The notes under the pieces: generated by a model | The model's database searches: none | Told to the model about the DNA's origin: nothing | What the model saw: the letters and a program-made list of their open reading frames with translations, nothing else | Made by a program: the position numbers and the translations under genes | In this document: positions 36,688-48,670 of the stretch, in pieces | How the letters are laid out: each line of letters begins with the position of its first letter | How positions within the stretch are numbered: the first letter of the stretch is position 1 | From: Basidiobolus meristosporus CBS 931.73 | Taxonomy: Eukaryota; Fungi; Basidiobolomycota | Direction of reading: 5' to 3' | DNA: 60,594 bases | NCBI GenBank assembly: GCA_002104905.1 | Contig: MCFE01000539.1 | Coordinates: forward strand, 1-60,594

Positions 36688-38370
36688 ATGAACTCGAATA
36701 ACTCTTGTGAAGCACCAGAAGTGCGAAGGAGCTCCGAATCACACCCTCCCTCCTTTCTTCCAGTAAGTGCCAACGACACCTACCCTGAGGAGAAGAAGGA
36801 GATCGACACCTCAACGGAGGATCAGCCACAGTCATTCTACCGTCGCTTTCGCTTATGGTTCCATCTATTGATGTTTCTGGTCATCACCGGATTGATGATC
36901 GGTGCCTGGATATTGCACGGAAAGGATTCCCTGGTCCTGTCCCTTCTGTGGGCCTTTGTCTCCTTAAAGCTTATGTTCTACCACGTTACCACCAGGATTC
37001 TTTCCAAGCCGTTAGGCATGTTCTTTGGTGCCATCTTCAAGGTCGTCTTTGCCATCCCCGAGAAGATCCGTCTTGTCCTGGGTGTTCTGCTTCCTGTCGG
37101 CTTGATCGTTTCAGTCACCTTGGCGCTTCCCATCCAAGAGGGTCACAGTACCCGTATGGATCGGTTGAGATCTCTCCTGGGGCTGGTGATATTCATTGGC
37201 GTTCTGTTTGCCACGTCGAACAACCGCAAGCTCATCCCCTGGAGAACTGTCGTCGTGGGTGTTTTGCTCCAGTTCCTTCTCGGCTTGTTCATCCTCAAGA
37301 CCTCTGTCGGCTATGACATCTTCAGCTGGCTCTCGAACATGTGCTCCACTCTGCTTCACTTCTCCAAGTCAGGCCTGTCGTTCGTAACCAACGACGACAT
37401 CGCCAACATCGGCATCTTTGTGTTCACCGTGTTGCCAGCTGTGATCTTCTTCGCGGCCATTGTCAAGGTAGTGTACTATCTCGGTGGTATGCAATGGATC
37501 GTCCGAAAGTTCGCCTGGTTGATGGTCAGACTTATGGGCACCAGTGGAGCCGAGTCGGTGGTCGCTGCTGCCTCGCCATTCGTTGGCATGGGCGAATCAT
37601 CCTTACTGATCCTGCCATTCTTGGAAACCCTCACTCGCAGTGAGCTTCACTCAGCCATGACCTCTGGTTTTGCCACCATCTCCGGCTCTGTGCTGGTTGC
37701 CTTCATCTCAATGAAGGTCGATGCACAGACCTTGATCACCTCGTGTGTGATGTCGGTTCCTTGCGGTCTTGCCATCTCCAAAATGCGCTACCCGGAGACT
37801 GGTGAGCCAGTCACCAAGGGCAAGGTGAGAATCCCCGAGAGTGAAGACAAGGAGGCCAATTTCCTCCACGCTGCCTCCAACGGAGCTGCCCAGGGTATCC
37901 ACTTGGCTTTGCTGATTCTAGCCACTGTCATCTCGTTCATCTCATTGCTTGCGCTGGTCAACTCGTTCCTCACCTGGGTCGGGAACTTCTTCAACATCGA
38001 CAACCTCACCTTGGAGTTCATCGTTGGCTACCTGTTCTATCCTTTCATGTGGCTGGTTGGCATCCCAAACAGAGATCTCCTCACTGTCGCTCGCCTGATG
38101 GCCACCAAGATGTTTGTGAACGAGTTCGCCGCGTTCGCCGAGCTTGCCAACCTCACCACCTCGGGGGCCTTGGAGCAGAGAACAGCATCACTGGGCATTT
38201 ACTGCCTGTGCGGATTCGCCAATTTCGGATCCATCGGTATCCAGATTGGTGCCTTGGGGGCTATGGCACCTAGTCGCAAGAAGGATCTGGCCGAGCTCGC
38301 CTTCTCAGCGATGTTGTGTGGCACGATGTCCACACTGATGAGTGCCACTATTGCTGGAATGTTGCTTTAG
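36688..38370 (+). CDS. CNT nucleoside transporter, copy 2 (protein identical to copy 1)
   Basis: Same 560-aa translation; offset 4913 nt. Confidence 0.95.
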   Translation: MNSNNSCEAPEVRRSSESHPPSFLPVSANDTYPEEKKEIDTSTEDQPQSFYRRFRLWFHLLMFLVITGLMIGAWILHGKDSLVLSLLWAFVSLKLMFYHVTTRILSKPLGMFFGAIFKVVFAIPEKIRLVLGVLLPVGLIVSVTLALPIQEGHSTRMDRLRSLLGLVIFIGVLFATSNNRKLIPWRTVVVGVLLQFLLGLFILKTSVGYDIFSWLSNMCSTLLHFSKSGLSFVTNDDIANIGIFVFTVLPAVIFFAAIVKVVYYLGGMQWIVRKFAWLMVRLMGTSGAESVVAAASPFVGMGESSLLILPFLETLTRSELHSAMTSGFATISGSVLVAFISMKVDAQTLITSCVMSVPCGLAISKMRYPETGEPVTKGKVRIPESEDKEANFLHAASNGAAQGIHLALLILATVISFISLLALVNSFLTWVGNFFNIDNLTLEFIVGYLFYPFMWLVGIPNRDLLTVARLMATKMFVNEFAAFAELANLTTSGALEQRTASLGIYCLCGFANFGSIGIQIGALGAMAPSRKKDLAELAFSAMLCGTMSTLMSATIAGMLL

Positions 38371-39415
38371 AGCCATCCATCACTTGCATTCCACACATCG
38401 CCATCATGTAATATAAATCCAATCATTAGCCAAGCCAACGTAATAATAAAATTCACACATACACAATCAAGTGATGGTTTTCTCAAGTTTCAAGCATTAG
38501 ATAGTGATACCAGCCCATCCCTGTGATAATGCACGCTCACGGAGCTGGTTAAGAGATATTCAATGGCATCGTTGCCGTTCACTCCGCACTGCCTGTAGTC
38601 ACCACTTTTACTGGCCTGACCTGTTCATTAATCCACATTTATCACTAGTAAATTCGTGATATCCTCACCATAGCTATCCAAGTCGGAAGCACCCCATCCT
38701 TTCAGGGGAAGGATATGCGCCCCAGGAATCCAGTAACTGACACATTTTCTTTCTATTAGATTAAATGACTAATTTAGCAACTGGTGAATGACCACAAATT
38801 GAAACTATAGCCATCGTATGATTGTAATTTTACTGTGTTGCTCGGCAATTCAATCATTGCTGATTGCGTGAAAGCAGCAGTTTATGTTTTGTTGAAAAAT
38901 GGTGGCCAAGATACCGCGTTAGATCAGAGGACATCCAAAACGTTATCATATGGTGAAGTATAATAAAGTTCAAATATTCCGGTATAATGCACGCCGTTAT
39001 TCTCTACTGCGAATCAGATGAAGCTGAATGAAGGACCAATAGACTACGGTTTAGTATTGGCATTCCCTAGCTGTTTATCAAAACCTGACTACTCCTCCAA
39101 TATTCCGTAGTAATAGATGCATTATAACCTGATGGGGCATTCAGGTATGATAAACTCAATCTCTGCCGATCAGTAATGTGATCGACCAAATACAGGGCTG
39201 ATTTGATATCTAATTGCAATGGTGATGGAATTATTCTTCCGCACTGGTCTTTGCATTACGAACTGTTCCAAGTGTAGTAATGTCCGAATAGAATCCCATT
39301 TTTGGGCTTGATTTCTCATCCATTCTTACACTGGATTTACGGTTGTGTGGAGAAGTATAAATATGAGGTTGTCTGGGCGAGTCTACTTCATTCAAAAATC
39401 CATCACTCAATAGTC

Positions 39416-40228
39416 ATGTCTGCCGTCGAAAGAACTCCCAAAAACTCCCTTGGTCATGACCAGACTACCCGCGACAACGTCTCCGGTAACCCAACGAAAG
39501 TAGCAGCCTCCAAGGACGTCAAGATGGACCATGTGGACCGGGTGCTCCTTCATACAGATCCGGTGTATCGCTACAACTATGTGACCAAGTTTGTGGATTT
39601 CTCCGACAAAGATGTCCAGGCCATCAAATCGGTGTCGGAGAGACTGGCCCCTCTTGGTGGTGTCATAGTGGACACTGTGTATGACAAGCTCAGAGCATTC
39701 GACATCACTTGGGAATCCATGGCCAAACGCCACGAGGGGTACGCTGGCGAGGTGGTTGAGAAAGTGCAGGATCTCAAGGTCGACAGCTCCCAGATCAAGT
39801 ACAGAAAAGATATGCTGACCCGCTACATCAACCGTCTCCTGGCCAATCCCTACGACGAGAGGATGATCAAGTACCTTGACTGGGTGGCCAAGATCCATAC
39901 CGACATCCCGGGAAAGAAGTCCAAGATCAACGTGGAGTACATCCATATCTCTGCGCTCATGGGCTTCATCGAGAATACCCTGATGTTGCTGGTTGGCTCA
40001 CTTCAGCTTGAGCGGGAGCACGAGCTGCAAGTGAATCTGGCCTTCAACAAGGTTCTTTGGCTTCAGAACGACTTCTTTGCCAAATACTACACCAAGGATG
40101 GCTCGGATGTGCCGGCCTCGTTTGGGCTGCACGCACAACCAGCACCCGTTCCCCGATTCAACCTCAACAGTGCTTTAGTTGGTGGAGTCGTAGCTGCCCT
40201 GGGATTATTCCTGGCCAAAAGCATCTGA
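39416..40228 (+). CDS. Protoglobin-domain protein, copy 2
   Basis: Near-identical to copy 1. Confidence 0.8.
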   Translation: MSAVERTPKNSLGHDQTTRDNVSGNPTKVAASKDVKMDHVDRVLLHTDPVYRYNYVTKFVDFSDKDVQAIKSVSERLAPLGGVIVDTVYDKLRAFDITWESMAKRHEGYAGEVVEKVQDLKVDSSQIKYRKDMLTRYINRLLANPYDERMIKYLDWVAKIHTDIPGKKSKINVEYIHISALMGFIENTLMLLVGSLQLEREHELQVNLAFNKVLWLQNDFFAKYYTKDGSDVPASFGLHAQPAPVPRFNLNSALVGGVVAALGLFLAKSI

Positions 40229-41955
40229 AAGCAATGTATAAAAATTGTGTAAATTCTCTAATAAATAAGCAAAACTCGTTTCCCATTAACATTAACATCG
40301 ACTTGATCAGAGTCCCCAAATATTCGGCCTACAGAGATCCTTGAGGGCTCATTTCTAATGATGTGTATAATTCAATCAGTTGGTACCAGTTGCTCATGGT
40401 AAATTTAGTGACATTTGGCTTACTCTTGATATGTTCCCTTCTTGCCAAGGTATTTACTCCTTGTCCAACGCTGCTCGTTATATGGTTTGAGCAATTGAAC
40501 CATCTCAATACTCAACTCTACCGATATATCCATGTTCTTTGGCCTCATTGTACAAAACTTGGGAATAGGTCGCTCGACAGGTAGGATACCAATCCAATGT
40601 TGCAATTAAGGACCATGGCAATCTAGGAACCTGGATTCGTCTTTGTAATGGTGAATACTCTATTTGCACGCTCGACCATGCCCCGCAGCATAATTCGCAG
40701 TCAATTGACCGTGGCTAACATTGCTGTCGCCGGGAAATCCTGCGGAACACTGCCACAAACATTATAACCATGCGTCTGTGAGTTATGACGTGATGAGCAT
40801 GTCTGGGATGCAGTAATGGAGCTTTCAGTGTTTCGGGTGAATGCGGCGATTCCACTAAGGATATGGCAACTGGTTGTGATTCTCACCTCTGGCATATTGC
40901 ATACTGTATTGACTAGAAGAACCCCACTGATCATACCATGTCGATCATATTGTGTGGCACTATGTCTATTCCGCACTGTGACATAATGTATGGAAGATTA
41001 CTTCAAACGAATCCATTCATTGTTGTTCACGACCAAACTTGATCTCTTTGGCCGCCACTACATTCTTTATACTTACTTTCCGCTAAGAATGCTCTCCTCA
41101 TGACCATTAATGTTGGATATATCCCGGCCAACCCACGTGAGTGATTTGTGATATTACTATATTCAAGGGCGCCAATACTCTTCATGTTTAATGCGAAAAC
41201 TGATAAAAGGATTAGAAATTGGCATGAATAAGCACACTCATCAGGTAAGCCTGGGGATTGCCACATTTTGTTTCCCGCTAGACATACGGTTCGACTGATG
41301 TGCAGGATTGAATTCAGACCAATCAGTAGACTGGATTCATCTTACGATCATACATTTCCTGCTAAGTAGATGAGTAAATCATTGCTGTTGAAGGGAATGC
41401 GGCTATATTCCCACTACTCCAACTACTATGAAGATAGTTGTTAAACTTACTGAAGTCTCTGTATTCTGATCTACTGAGCTCAGCTATCGTCACTGTAATC
41501 TGTTATCTCTTGGTGTGAATTTGGTGAAACGGATGAAGGCTATGAGATATGATCAAATGGTGTATAGCATTGATGTTGCAGGGCAGTATCTTCAGTAACA
41601 TAATCACCCAGAAAGGGTTCCGCAGCACTCATTCCACCATAGCTTGATCATATATTCTGGTATAGTATACTGGATCGTTTCAATCAGATAAGACGGAATC
41701 AAGGGAGTAGATGGTCAACCAAATATGGCGTAGATTTGATATCGAATTACCAGTTTGACTTACGATCAGATTATTTTTTCTCACTGGTCTTTCCACTACA
41801 AACTGTTCCAAGTGTAGTAATGTCCGAATAGAATCCCATTTTTGGGCTCGATTTCTCATCCATTCTTACACTGGATTTCCAGTTGTGTGGAGAAGTATAA
41901 ATATGAGGTTGTCTGGGCGAGTCTACTTCATTCAAAAATCCATCACTCAATAGTC

Positions 41956-42768
41956 ATGTCTGCCGTCGAAAGAACTCGCAAAAACTCCCTTGGTCATGAC
42001 CAGGCTACTCGTGGCAATGTCCCCTGTAACCCAACGAAAGTAGCAGCCTCCAAGGACGTCAAGATGGACCATGTGGACCGGGTGCTCCTTCATACAGATC
42101 CGGTGTATCGCTACAACTATGTGGCCAAGTTTGTGGATTTCTCCGACAAAGATGTCCAGGCCATCAAATCAGTGTCGGAGAGACTGGCCCCTCTTGGTGG
42201 TGTCATAGTGGACACTGTGTATGACAAGCTCAGAGCATTCGACATCACTTGGGAATCCATGGCCAAACGTCACGAGGGGTACGCTGGCGAGGTGGTTGAG
42301 AAAGTGCAGGATCTCAAGGTCGACTGCTCCCAGATCAAGTACAGAAAAGATATGCTGACCCGCTACATCAACCGTCTCCTGGCCAATCCCTACGACGAGA
42401 GGATGATCAAGTACCTTGACTGGGTGGCCAAGATCCATACCGACATCCCGGGAAAGAAGTCCAAGATCAACGTGGAGTACATCCATATCTCTGCGCTCAT
42501 GGGCTTCATCGAGAATACCCTGATGTCGCTGGTTGGCTCACTTCAGCTTGAGCGGGAGCACGAGCTGCAAGTGAATATGGCCTTCAACAAGGTCCTTTGG
42601 CTTCAGAATGACTTCTTTGCCAAATACTACACCAAGGATGGCTCGGATGTGCCGGCCTCGTTTGGGCTGCATGCTCAACCAGCACCCGTTCCCCGATTCA
42701 ACCTCAACAGTGCTTTAGTTGGCGGAGTCGTAGCTGCCCTGGGATTATTCCTAGCCCAAAGCATCTGA
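41956..42768 (+). CDS. Protoglobin-domain protein, copy 3
   Basis: Near-identical to copies 1 and 2. Confidence 0.8.
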   Translation: MSAVERTRKNSLGHDQATRGNVPCNPTKVAASKDVKMDHVDRVLLHTDPVYRYNYVAKFVDFSDKDVQAIKSVSERLAPLGGVIVDTVYDKLRAFDITWESMAKRHEGYAGEVVEKVQDLKVDCSQIKYRKDMLTRYINRLLANPYDERMIKYLDWVAKIHTDIPGKKSKINVEYIHISALMGFIENTLMSLVGSLQLEREHELQVNMAFNKVLWLQNDFFAKYYTKDGSDVPASFGLHAQPAPVPRFNLNSALVGGVVAALGLFLAQSI

Positions 42769-44602
42769 AAGCATTGTATAAACATTGTGTACATTCTCTA
42801 ATAAATAAGCGTAAGGTTCATTTCTCACGAACACCAGCCTACTCATTACTACTCAATGCTCAGTGTGTAGCAGCTCTGATGAGTATTTTTCTGCTGATGT
42901 ACTAGACTGTGTACCCCAACAATAACTGAGGGGTAATAATAAAAGTAGGCTGCAGCATTCATGCTCAAGCTTATATCACTTTCTGCGGACAAGTGCTACT
43001 CAAATAGTTAATATGTTCACCGACCCTCTTGTGATCCTAGTTCCTCTGTCATATACACTATCTTGCGACAAAGCTCATGAATAGCTTTCCATCCGAATCA
43101 GGACTGAAATTAGCATGGATTTTTCTAGTCGTATGATCGTACAGTATCAGAAAGTGATGCTTTGAGTTGCCGCTCGATTTCGGCATAGCACTTGGGTAAC
43201 TCATGGTTACGAGCACCTATCCATCAACAAGACAGACAGACTAGCGAAACTATGTTACACCCAAATGTGCGGCTTTATGAAGTGGTGGTAGCATACCAAA
43301 CTTCATAGAATATAGACAAGGAGATTCTATCATAGCCAACTACTCAATTCGGTGAAAGTGGGAAGACATCGCAAATTCATTTTTGAACGTAAATTGGCGT
43401 TGGAAATTGAAAATAGGTAGATTTTATGGTTCTCTGGTTTCCACGAATTTAGGGTAGTGCCAAGTAATGAAGAAAAGACCAATACCCGAGGTATGGTAAG
43501 AGGTATGGCCAACATATTGAAGAAAAAAACTAGAATGCACGCAACAAGCGAGACAATCTGAATAGGTCATGCTCTTTGGATCACATTTAAGAGGTGTCGC
43601 TGCAAAGTTGACAATGAGGATTTATAAATACGCTAGAGAGTGTCACGCGGGCGTGGCACACTCACACAAGTGCAGGTATTCTTACAAGCGCAAATCATCT
43701 TGACCTTGACCTTCTGACACTCACATTACTTTGGCAGTAATCACCACAACAGCAGATCTTGGCAGCTCTTGTGATTTCAAGATACCTGTCAATAATAAAG
43801 TATGCAGACAGCAAGAGCGATTGCCCTATTTGAAACCTTGTTTCAAAGTGCCATGACGCCAAAGCCTAGACATGTTAGCTTTGAATTTTGTATTGATTAT
43901 GCGAAGTTGTAAATTTGAATATTGTTCTCAGATCAGCAATCGACTCAATCCGGGTTGCAATCCGGATGAGCCTGGGTGGTTATAATCACGATTAAGTAAT
44001 GAACCCCATTTACATCACAAAGAAAACTATATGTTATTTAAAAATAACAGGTAAAAGTTTCCTACTGAGAATTGATGTTTCCCCAGCAAGGCTGAGCCTA
44101 ATTAAATCCACCGACTCTATCGTCAGTATTGTGGGATGTTATGATGGGGTGAATTGTGAATTCTTCTACGAATCAGCTTACTGGCCATGTGAATGAGAGT
44201 AGGTCCACTCATCAGAATATTTATGGTATGGTTGGATCATCTATTTGTTTTGGTCTGAAGTTTTTTTTTGTTTCGTCAATATGTTACGATTTATATCCTA
44301 CCTAGTCACTACCGATCACTTGAACACTACTGATCGAACATCTTTAATTACACACTGACGATCAATCACACTCAGTGATACACACATTATTTAATCCATC
44401 TTGGACCCTTCTTTTGGAAGCTTGCTCTACGTTATCGGAAGCTCTCCTCCCGAGACTATCTCTATACAAACCCCTCTAAACACTATCAATAAAGCATCAA
44501 CCTTTCACCGGTTCATCAATCATTCAGATAACCCTCTCCGATTCTTATTGACTATCCTCCGATCCTTCTCCACTTACCCTTGATTCATAACAAATAAAAT
44601 TG

Positions 44603-44663
44603 GCCTGCTTAGCGCGTCAGTCTCGTAAACTGAAGGTCGCCAGTTCAATCCTGGCAGTAGGCA
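44603..44663 (+). tRNA. tRNA with CGT (Thr) anticodon lacking the D arm (61 nt); probably a pseudogene
   Basis: Acceptor GCCTGCT/AGTAGGC+A, anticodon arm TCAGT-CTCGTAA-ACTGA, T arm GCCAG-TTCAATC-CTGGC. Only TAGCGCG lies between the acceptor and anticodon stems. Confidence 0.75.
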
Positions 44664-47000
44664 TATCCTTTTCTTCCACTCCATCTAGGTTGAACGATAC
44701 GGCATTATTTCGCTTATAAGGGAGTAACAGTGATGGATACTGGAGTCATTTACCTGAAACAGTTGGAGTCAGCGATAGACCTTCCAAAATAGATAATCCA
44801 AGAATGAGCACTCTGTTCTGGAATTTCACCCCTTTGATAGCTTGATCACTTGATGAGCTATTACGTATAATGGAGGATTTCGGGTGAAATACTGCTGCTG
44901 GGAAATATTTGTTTCCGCAGATCCAGTGACAGCCTTCATAATTTGACTAGCTTGATCATGTTGTTGGTCAGGTATGTACAGTAAATGCCGTTCCAATCTA
45001 CTGCTACCGCATAAAGCTTTCTGGAGTCATTGATTGGGCAGCAACAAAGTCTTATTTGTATTTTTAAGGCATTCCTGTTCCACTGGTAAACGGAAGTCCC
45101 GACTAAACAACACTCTCTTGGAGATCCGATAAGAGTTGACCCATATTATGAGGGAGAAGACACTTTATTCGTGTGCGAGTCTATCCCGCTAGTGCTAGTT
45201 CTGAAGTCATGAATACTGTACGCTCGAGCAAGTGTTGGTGATAAATTAGCCATAGATTGGTTTCTGAGTAATGGTCAAATATCTCGACAATTGTTTGATG
45301 ATGTTGTTTGATTCTCTTCTCCTAAACCCTTCATCCTGTAGCCCTATTTAAATCGGAATATTTGTTAGAGATAAACACGGATCATATGAAGACTGATCTG
45401 AAACAACACTACATGAGCATCTAGGTAAGGGTCCAGTACCACACAAATATAGCACTACCACAGCTCGAGGAGCATAGCAGAGTCGCAACACTTTAGGATA
45501 ATATGATATGTCTATCCAACATGTCAGAAGTATAAATGAATGAAGAAGTGACCTGGAAGAAACAAGCCCCTTTGGATATTTGACGGATCAGAATACGCCA
45601 TATTTCGGTTACGTACTTGAAGACTCATAGAATATTTCCCAAGCTGCTAATCCGTTTGCTCCTTGATCCACTGCGCAAGCTAATTCTGTCGGCGTTCTAG
45701 TATTGGTGGGGCATGTGAGAGCTGTTTGCTACAGGAGCTGAAATCAATTTACTATGTTAGGGGGATGTTGACACTACAAAGATCCGTATTGTTATCAGCA
45801 CAGTCAATCCAACAGGTTGCCTTTTCTTGTGTACGTTTCACTGATGAATACTCCTAAAGTGATGGCTTTGGAATAGGATGTAGTGGGCCCATGATAATAG
45901 CAACAGCTAGTGGTAACCGGTCTTTAATGCCGATAAATCATGCGGACGCTTGCTTTTTGAATCCTGGTAGATTTGTTAGACAAAGGAACCCAAAGTCGTA
46001 ATCCCCTATCCAGTGCAAAGGTTACACATATACCATTTGACGTTGCTCTTCTGGTCATCAGGATACGTTGTGGGCTCCGTGGAGATATAGTCTTTATCGT
46101 CAGCTTCATATCCAACTGCTCCTTCTTTTCTCATATTGGATTTAATACCGTCAAGCAATGAAACGAATGAGTAATGGACAAGGGTATGGCTGGCCTACTT
46201 GATCACTTTTATATGGAACTGTTTAGTGCGCACACCCACAGTCTAACTTCTAAGCATTTTGTACTGACGGTAAACAAGTACTTGTTAGATTTCCCATGTG
46301 CCACCACGAGTTGTCTTCCTAGTTCAATTCACTTCTACTCTTTGCCAGCTACTAATAGTGATGGGACTTTTCAGAGCATGACGTGGGATGTTGGGCGGTA
46401 CAAAGTGAGAATGAAACTAGCTCAATACATAATACAGCGCCCGCCAATGCGTAGGCGTTTGTAGGTGGATAACGTACTCACTAAAGCAAGAGATTTCTTT
46501 CCCAGAATTTCAACTTGCAGGAGTAACGTCTGTTAATCGGTATACAAGATGAGCTGTTGCTTGTTGTAGAGTGTGGTACGTTGATAAAAAAAGATGCTGT
46601 CATTGGAATGCCTGCTTTCCTTGAATCAAGCTTTTCGAGGTAGCAGCAATCAATTTCATTGATTTTGCCGAAGTTGCAAATGAGCTAATGAACATAGATG
46701 TCGATGATGTTTTGCTGAGTAGCGCATTTCAAATCAGTTCATTGAGGTATACTTCAGTATATATACATACATATATATAATAGGCATAGCAGACTTATTC
46801 TACATAACACAATCGTTATTTGATTGAAACTGGTTGAGAGTAATAACAGTCTGTGCTATGGATTCTACATTCAGCTTCCATACTGGTATTGACATTCGGT
46901 CAAATAGAGTTATTGCATAAGATTAGCAAGGTTGGGATTTATTTCCAGTTGTCTATAGATATCTAAAAAACTGCTTGGATATAAGTTTTGATGGCTGTGC

Positions 47001-48152
47001 TTAATACTTGTAGAAGCCGCCACTCCCATGCCCTTCATATTCTCCACCACCTCCACCGTTGCCGCCATATCCACCGCCACCGTTTCCACCATATCCTCCG
47101 CTGCCACCATCGCCATTTCCACCATATCCACCACCGCTGCCGCCACCGTTTCCACCATACCCTCCGCTATCACCACCACCGCCGCTGCCACCACTGCCGT
47201 TTCCACCATGTCCTCCGCTGCCACCACCGCCATTTCCACCATATCCTCCACCACTGCCGCTGCCGCCACCGTTTCCACCGTATCCTCCGCTGCCGCCACC
47301 GCCATTTCCACCATATTCTCCGCCGCTGCCGCCACCATTTCCACCGTATCCTCCGCTACCACCACCACCGTTTCCACCATATCCTCCGCTGCCACCACCG
47401 CCATTTCCACCATATCCTCCACCACTGCCGCTGCCGCTGCCGCCACCGTTTCCACCGTATCCTCCGCTACCGCCACCGCCGCTCCCACCATATCCTCCGC
47501 CGCTGCCGCCACCGTTTCCACCGTATCCTCCGCTGCCACCACCGCCATTTCCACCATATCCTCCGCCACTGCCGCCACCGTTTCCACCATATCCTCCGCT
47601 ACCACCACCGTTTCCACCATATCCTCCGCTGCCACCACCGCCATTTCCACCATATCCTCCACCGCTGCCGCCACCGTTTCCACTGTATCCTCCGCTACCG
47701 CCACCACCGTTGCCACCATATCCTCCGCTGCCACCACCGCCATTTCCACCATATTCTCCGCCGCTGCCGCCACCGTTTCCACCATATCCTCCGCCGCTGC
47801 CGCCACCGTTTCCACCATATCCTCCGCCGCTGCCGCCACCGTTTCCACCGTATCCTCCGCTACCACCACCACCGTTTCCACCGTATCCTCCGCTACCGCC
47901 ACCACCGTTGCCACCATATCCTCCGCCGCTGCCGCCACCGTTTCCACCGTATCCTCCGCTATCACCACCACCGTTTCCACCATATCCTCCACCGCTACCG
48001 CCACCACCGTTTCCTTCATAGCTATCGCCGTGAGCTACACCACCACCTTCACCAGCGTAATCTTTGGTATTGTATCCGCGCTCGAGAACAGCAGCACTCG
48101 CCATGGACATGACTGATGCTGCAAGAAGGAGTTTGATCGAAGAGATTTTCAT
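47001..48152 (-). CDS. Secreted glycine-rich repeat protein, (GGYGGNGGGS)n
   Basis: ATG plus signal peptide MKISSIKLLLAASVMSMASA, then ~30 Gly-rich repeats; TATA-like CTATAAAT about 40 nt upstream. Confidence 0.85.
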   Translation of the reverse strand: MKISSIKLLLAASVMSMASAAVLERGYNTKDYAGEGGGVAHGDSYEGNGGGGSGGGYGGNGGGDSGGYGGNGGGSGGGYGGNGGGGSGGYGGNGGGGSGGYGGNGGGSGGGYGGNGGGSGGGYGGNGGGSGGEYGGNGGGGSGGYGGNGGGGSGGYSGNGGGSGGGYGGNGGGGSGGYGGNGGGSGGYGGNGGGSGGGYGGNGGGGSGGYGGNGGGSGGGYGGSGGGGSGGYGGNGGGSGSGSGGGYGGNGGGGSGGYGGNGGGGSGGYGGNGGGSGGEYGGNGGGGSGGYGGNGGGSGSGGGYGGNGGGGSGGHGGNGSGGSGGGGDSGGYGGNGGGSGGGYGGNGDGGSGGYGGNGGGGYGGNGGGGGEYEGHGSGGFYKY

Positions 48153-48652
48153 ATTGAGTGATTGATTTGTTGGATGGAATTAAGCTCCCCATTTATAGCC
48201 GTCCAATGTTTTACATGAGTATGGTGTCTGTTGATCTCAGCAGCAGTATCAGGGATTGTGGCACTACATTGATTGTTTCATTTGCATCTGGTGGATAAGC
48301 TGCTCCTGAAAATGCATCATGAATTGCTGAACACGCAAATGTTCCACGTCCGACAAAGTTGATTGGCTTACAAATGCATTCGGAGTTTGCGATGGTAGAT
48401 CATGAATGTGATAAACAAATGAAGGCTTCCAGTATGCTGTCCTGTTAGCATCCATTTATAATAGATAGTGAGCAATTGCTCCAAGTCTTTTTTTTGATCT
48501 CGCTAATCAACTGAATAAAGGGGATTATGACTTGCGAGAAAACCCTCAATCAACGTGCTTGTGTGAATCCATTTTGGATTAGCGCGTGTTTCATATGCTC
48601 TCCTGTTTGTTTTACCATTTTGGTATAAAGTTCTAATTTGTAGTGCTGTTTA

Positions 48653-48670
48653 TTAGGGTTAGGGTTAGGC
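48653..48670 (+). repeat. Interstitial telomeric repeat TTAGGG-TTAGGG-TTAGGC; proximal boundary of the retroelement array
   Basis: Directly visible; same orientation as the terminal tract and abutting the 3' end of unit F. Confidence 0.85.

Noticed and set aside
40300-46900. Short ORFs in AT-rich intergenic stretches (also 26747-27088 and 28300-31700)
   Set aside because: Under 115 aa, many with non-ATG starts, and no motifs I can support.
46910-48116. Pro-rich, His/Arg-rich, Ala/Thr-rich and Val/Glu-rich ORFs
   Set aside because: Shadow frames of the Gly-rich repeat gene.
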